Below, one piece after another: positions 62,061 through 64,000 of a stretch of 64,000 nucleotides of DNA. Source of the stretch: Octopus sinensis (taxonomy: Eukaryota); assembly GCF_006345805.1 (NCBI RefSeq), contig NC_043001.1:89280001-89344000 (forward strand), given 5' to 3'. Position 1 is the stretch's first letter. Every line of letters begins with the position of its first letter. Position numbers and translations under genes: made by a program. A model generated the notes under the pieces. That model did not search any database. It was not told the origin of the DNA and was given only the letters and a program-made list of their open reading frames with translations.

Positions 62061-64000
62061 CCCAGCAGTCTTCGGTAGAACCACCAATAGTAACCACTAT
62101 ACCATGTTCTTGATAGGTATAAACTCCATAAATCTCAGGATGTATGTTGTGACAATGTGGTGTGTGTACAAGTGTGTATTGTGATGGTGAGGGTTGGGAA
62201 GGTCAACAATGCATAAATCTTATGACCACCCTTTGAGACTCCTCATTTAAAAATTTTCCTTGCCTTATAATCTACTCCACTTATACAGATCCTATCCCAC
62301 CTCTATTCTCATGTACACTCTACTTATAAATTAACTCCAATGTAAGCCCACCTCAGCTTGGTGTACCCTTTACAACTAACCACTTTGACTCAATATACTT
62401 TATCGTGTGTGTATAATACTTAGTTACAATGCCATCCCATCTATTCCTACCTCTACTCTGTTGACCCTTTACACACACAAAAACAATAACTTCTTCATAA
62501 GAAATCATAAAGTTAATCTACCTATAACCTAAATACCCTCAGAGTAGCCATGAAGACTGCAACTCCCTAACTTCCAATCTCCCTACCCCAAGCATACACA
62601 CCCTGAAACTCTAATGGGGTAGGAGGTAACTATATAAATCATTATTCCTATTCACACTGTTGTTTAGAGAGACATATACAACAGTGCAGATAAGGAGTAT
62701 CAATATAATGAAAGGGAGGTGGGAGAGGGACTTTCCTTCTTGATAAGACCAGATGAAGGTCAAAGTAAATATATCTGTAAATAAATCACCAGATTGTTAA
62801 GACAAACAAGGCTCTGAATAAATAGCTTATCAGAGGACATGCTGAGCTGAAATATAAAGGTGGACAAATACCCGAGTCAGAAGCAGAGTAATATATATAT
62901 AATTTAAGTTCTCCAGAATTTTTATTTAAAATACAGGTCTGGAGCTATACTCGGCTGCATAAGACTATTAGGAAATATTTCAAAACAGTAGGTTGCAAGT
63001 ATTGGCTTTGGTTCAACATATAGGAATTTTTCATGTTTTTAGCATGTTTAATATGTCTTGAACCAAAACTAACACTTACAACCTACAGCCAACTTTATAG
63101 GAGGTGACTCTAAAGAGACATAACTAAATACTGTGAGATACCAAATCTAATTCTCAACTAAATATTGCAGAGATGAAATGGTTAAATAGGAAACATATTG
63201 AGGTACCTACCCAGAGATAATTAGTTCAAATCTGCTGATGATCTTTTGGTGTTTCTGGGCAAAACACTTTGCCTTCTGTTTCTGTAGTACACCTAGCTGT
63301 CAGAAACAAGAGCCATATAGACCAGCAATAAACTGGAATACAATCCAGAAGCAGATTTGTCTCATTTACAAGCTCCATTTGGGAGTCTTACAAAGTTATT
63401 TACATTTGATTAGTTTTCTTTTTATTCCCAAAATATATTTTCTCCATAATAATATCTGAGCACTAAAATGGTTCGAGAAATACATTCCTTGAGAATTTCT
63501 GCCACCTTCTCACCCTTCCTCAACATTAATGCTACAAGACTTCAAAGAACTTGGCTGAGATAACCAACATCTCGTAAGGTCATTAACAGCAACCTGTTTT
63601 CAGCTACGTAAGTCTTAACAGCAATTTAGAGAGAACAGGCACACATTGTAACCAAAACTGTAGCACAAGAGAATGCAAAGACCTACTTTTTGGCAATGTG
63701 ATGGTGCTAAACAAAACAGCAACATTTGTTATCAATCTCATAATTGGAGATAAGCGAAATAATGCCAGACCCTCCAAAACTGAATAAATAGGAATAACCA
63801 GGTTAATATAGTTAATGTTCTGTTTAAACAGTTGAAGCTCAGTGGTTTGGGGGATGGTATCAAAAATGAGGGAATTCTGCAAAGATTCAATTCTAGGGTA
63901 GAAAAGTTAGACAAAGTGCTTGGTGCAAGTTCTAGTGGGGTGAGGACAGGGCATAGATGAAAGAATATTTGAGGTTGCAGTAAAAATCATGTAATTGATG

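Noticed and set aside
57000-64000. Search for the signal-peptide/first exon of the LRP12-like gene
   Set aside because: No convincing ATG plus hydrophobic segment plus phase 1 donor was found. It is probably beyond the window or was missed.

Overview
AT-rich, microsatellite-dense eukaryotic DNA. The repeat families look like an octopus (coleoid cephalopod) genome; this is inferred from recalled repeat motifs, not from a search. Two genes converge tail-to-tail. (1) The last four coding exons of an anoctamin-10 (TMEM16K) orthologue lie on + (1022-1213, 3914-4048, 6350-6466, 10874-10924). (2) An LRP12/LRP3/LRP10-family receptor lies on -, with eight phase-consistent coding exons from 56970 down to 18040. 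Its signal-peptide exon was not located. The reconstructed receptor reads CUB-LDLa x5-TM-long tail: the second CUB of vertebrate LRP12 was not found, and the protein ends in a class I PDZ-type motif. The rest is transposon-derived: a nearly full-length frameshifted Penelope-like element (RT + GIY-YIG), several short Penelope-type ends with minimal hammerhead ribozyme motifs next to (TA)n tracts, tRNA-derived SINE arrays, TTAA piggyBac MITEs plus a transposase remnant, Tc1/mariner, hAT and Helitron-like elements, and RTE, CR1 and RLE LINE fragments. One hammerhead tail is joined to an inverted tRNA-like head. There are also several long inverted repeats and tandem duplications, and a 100-N gap at 47046-47145. 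No CRISPR array, rRNA or intact tRNA gene was seen.
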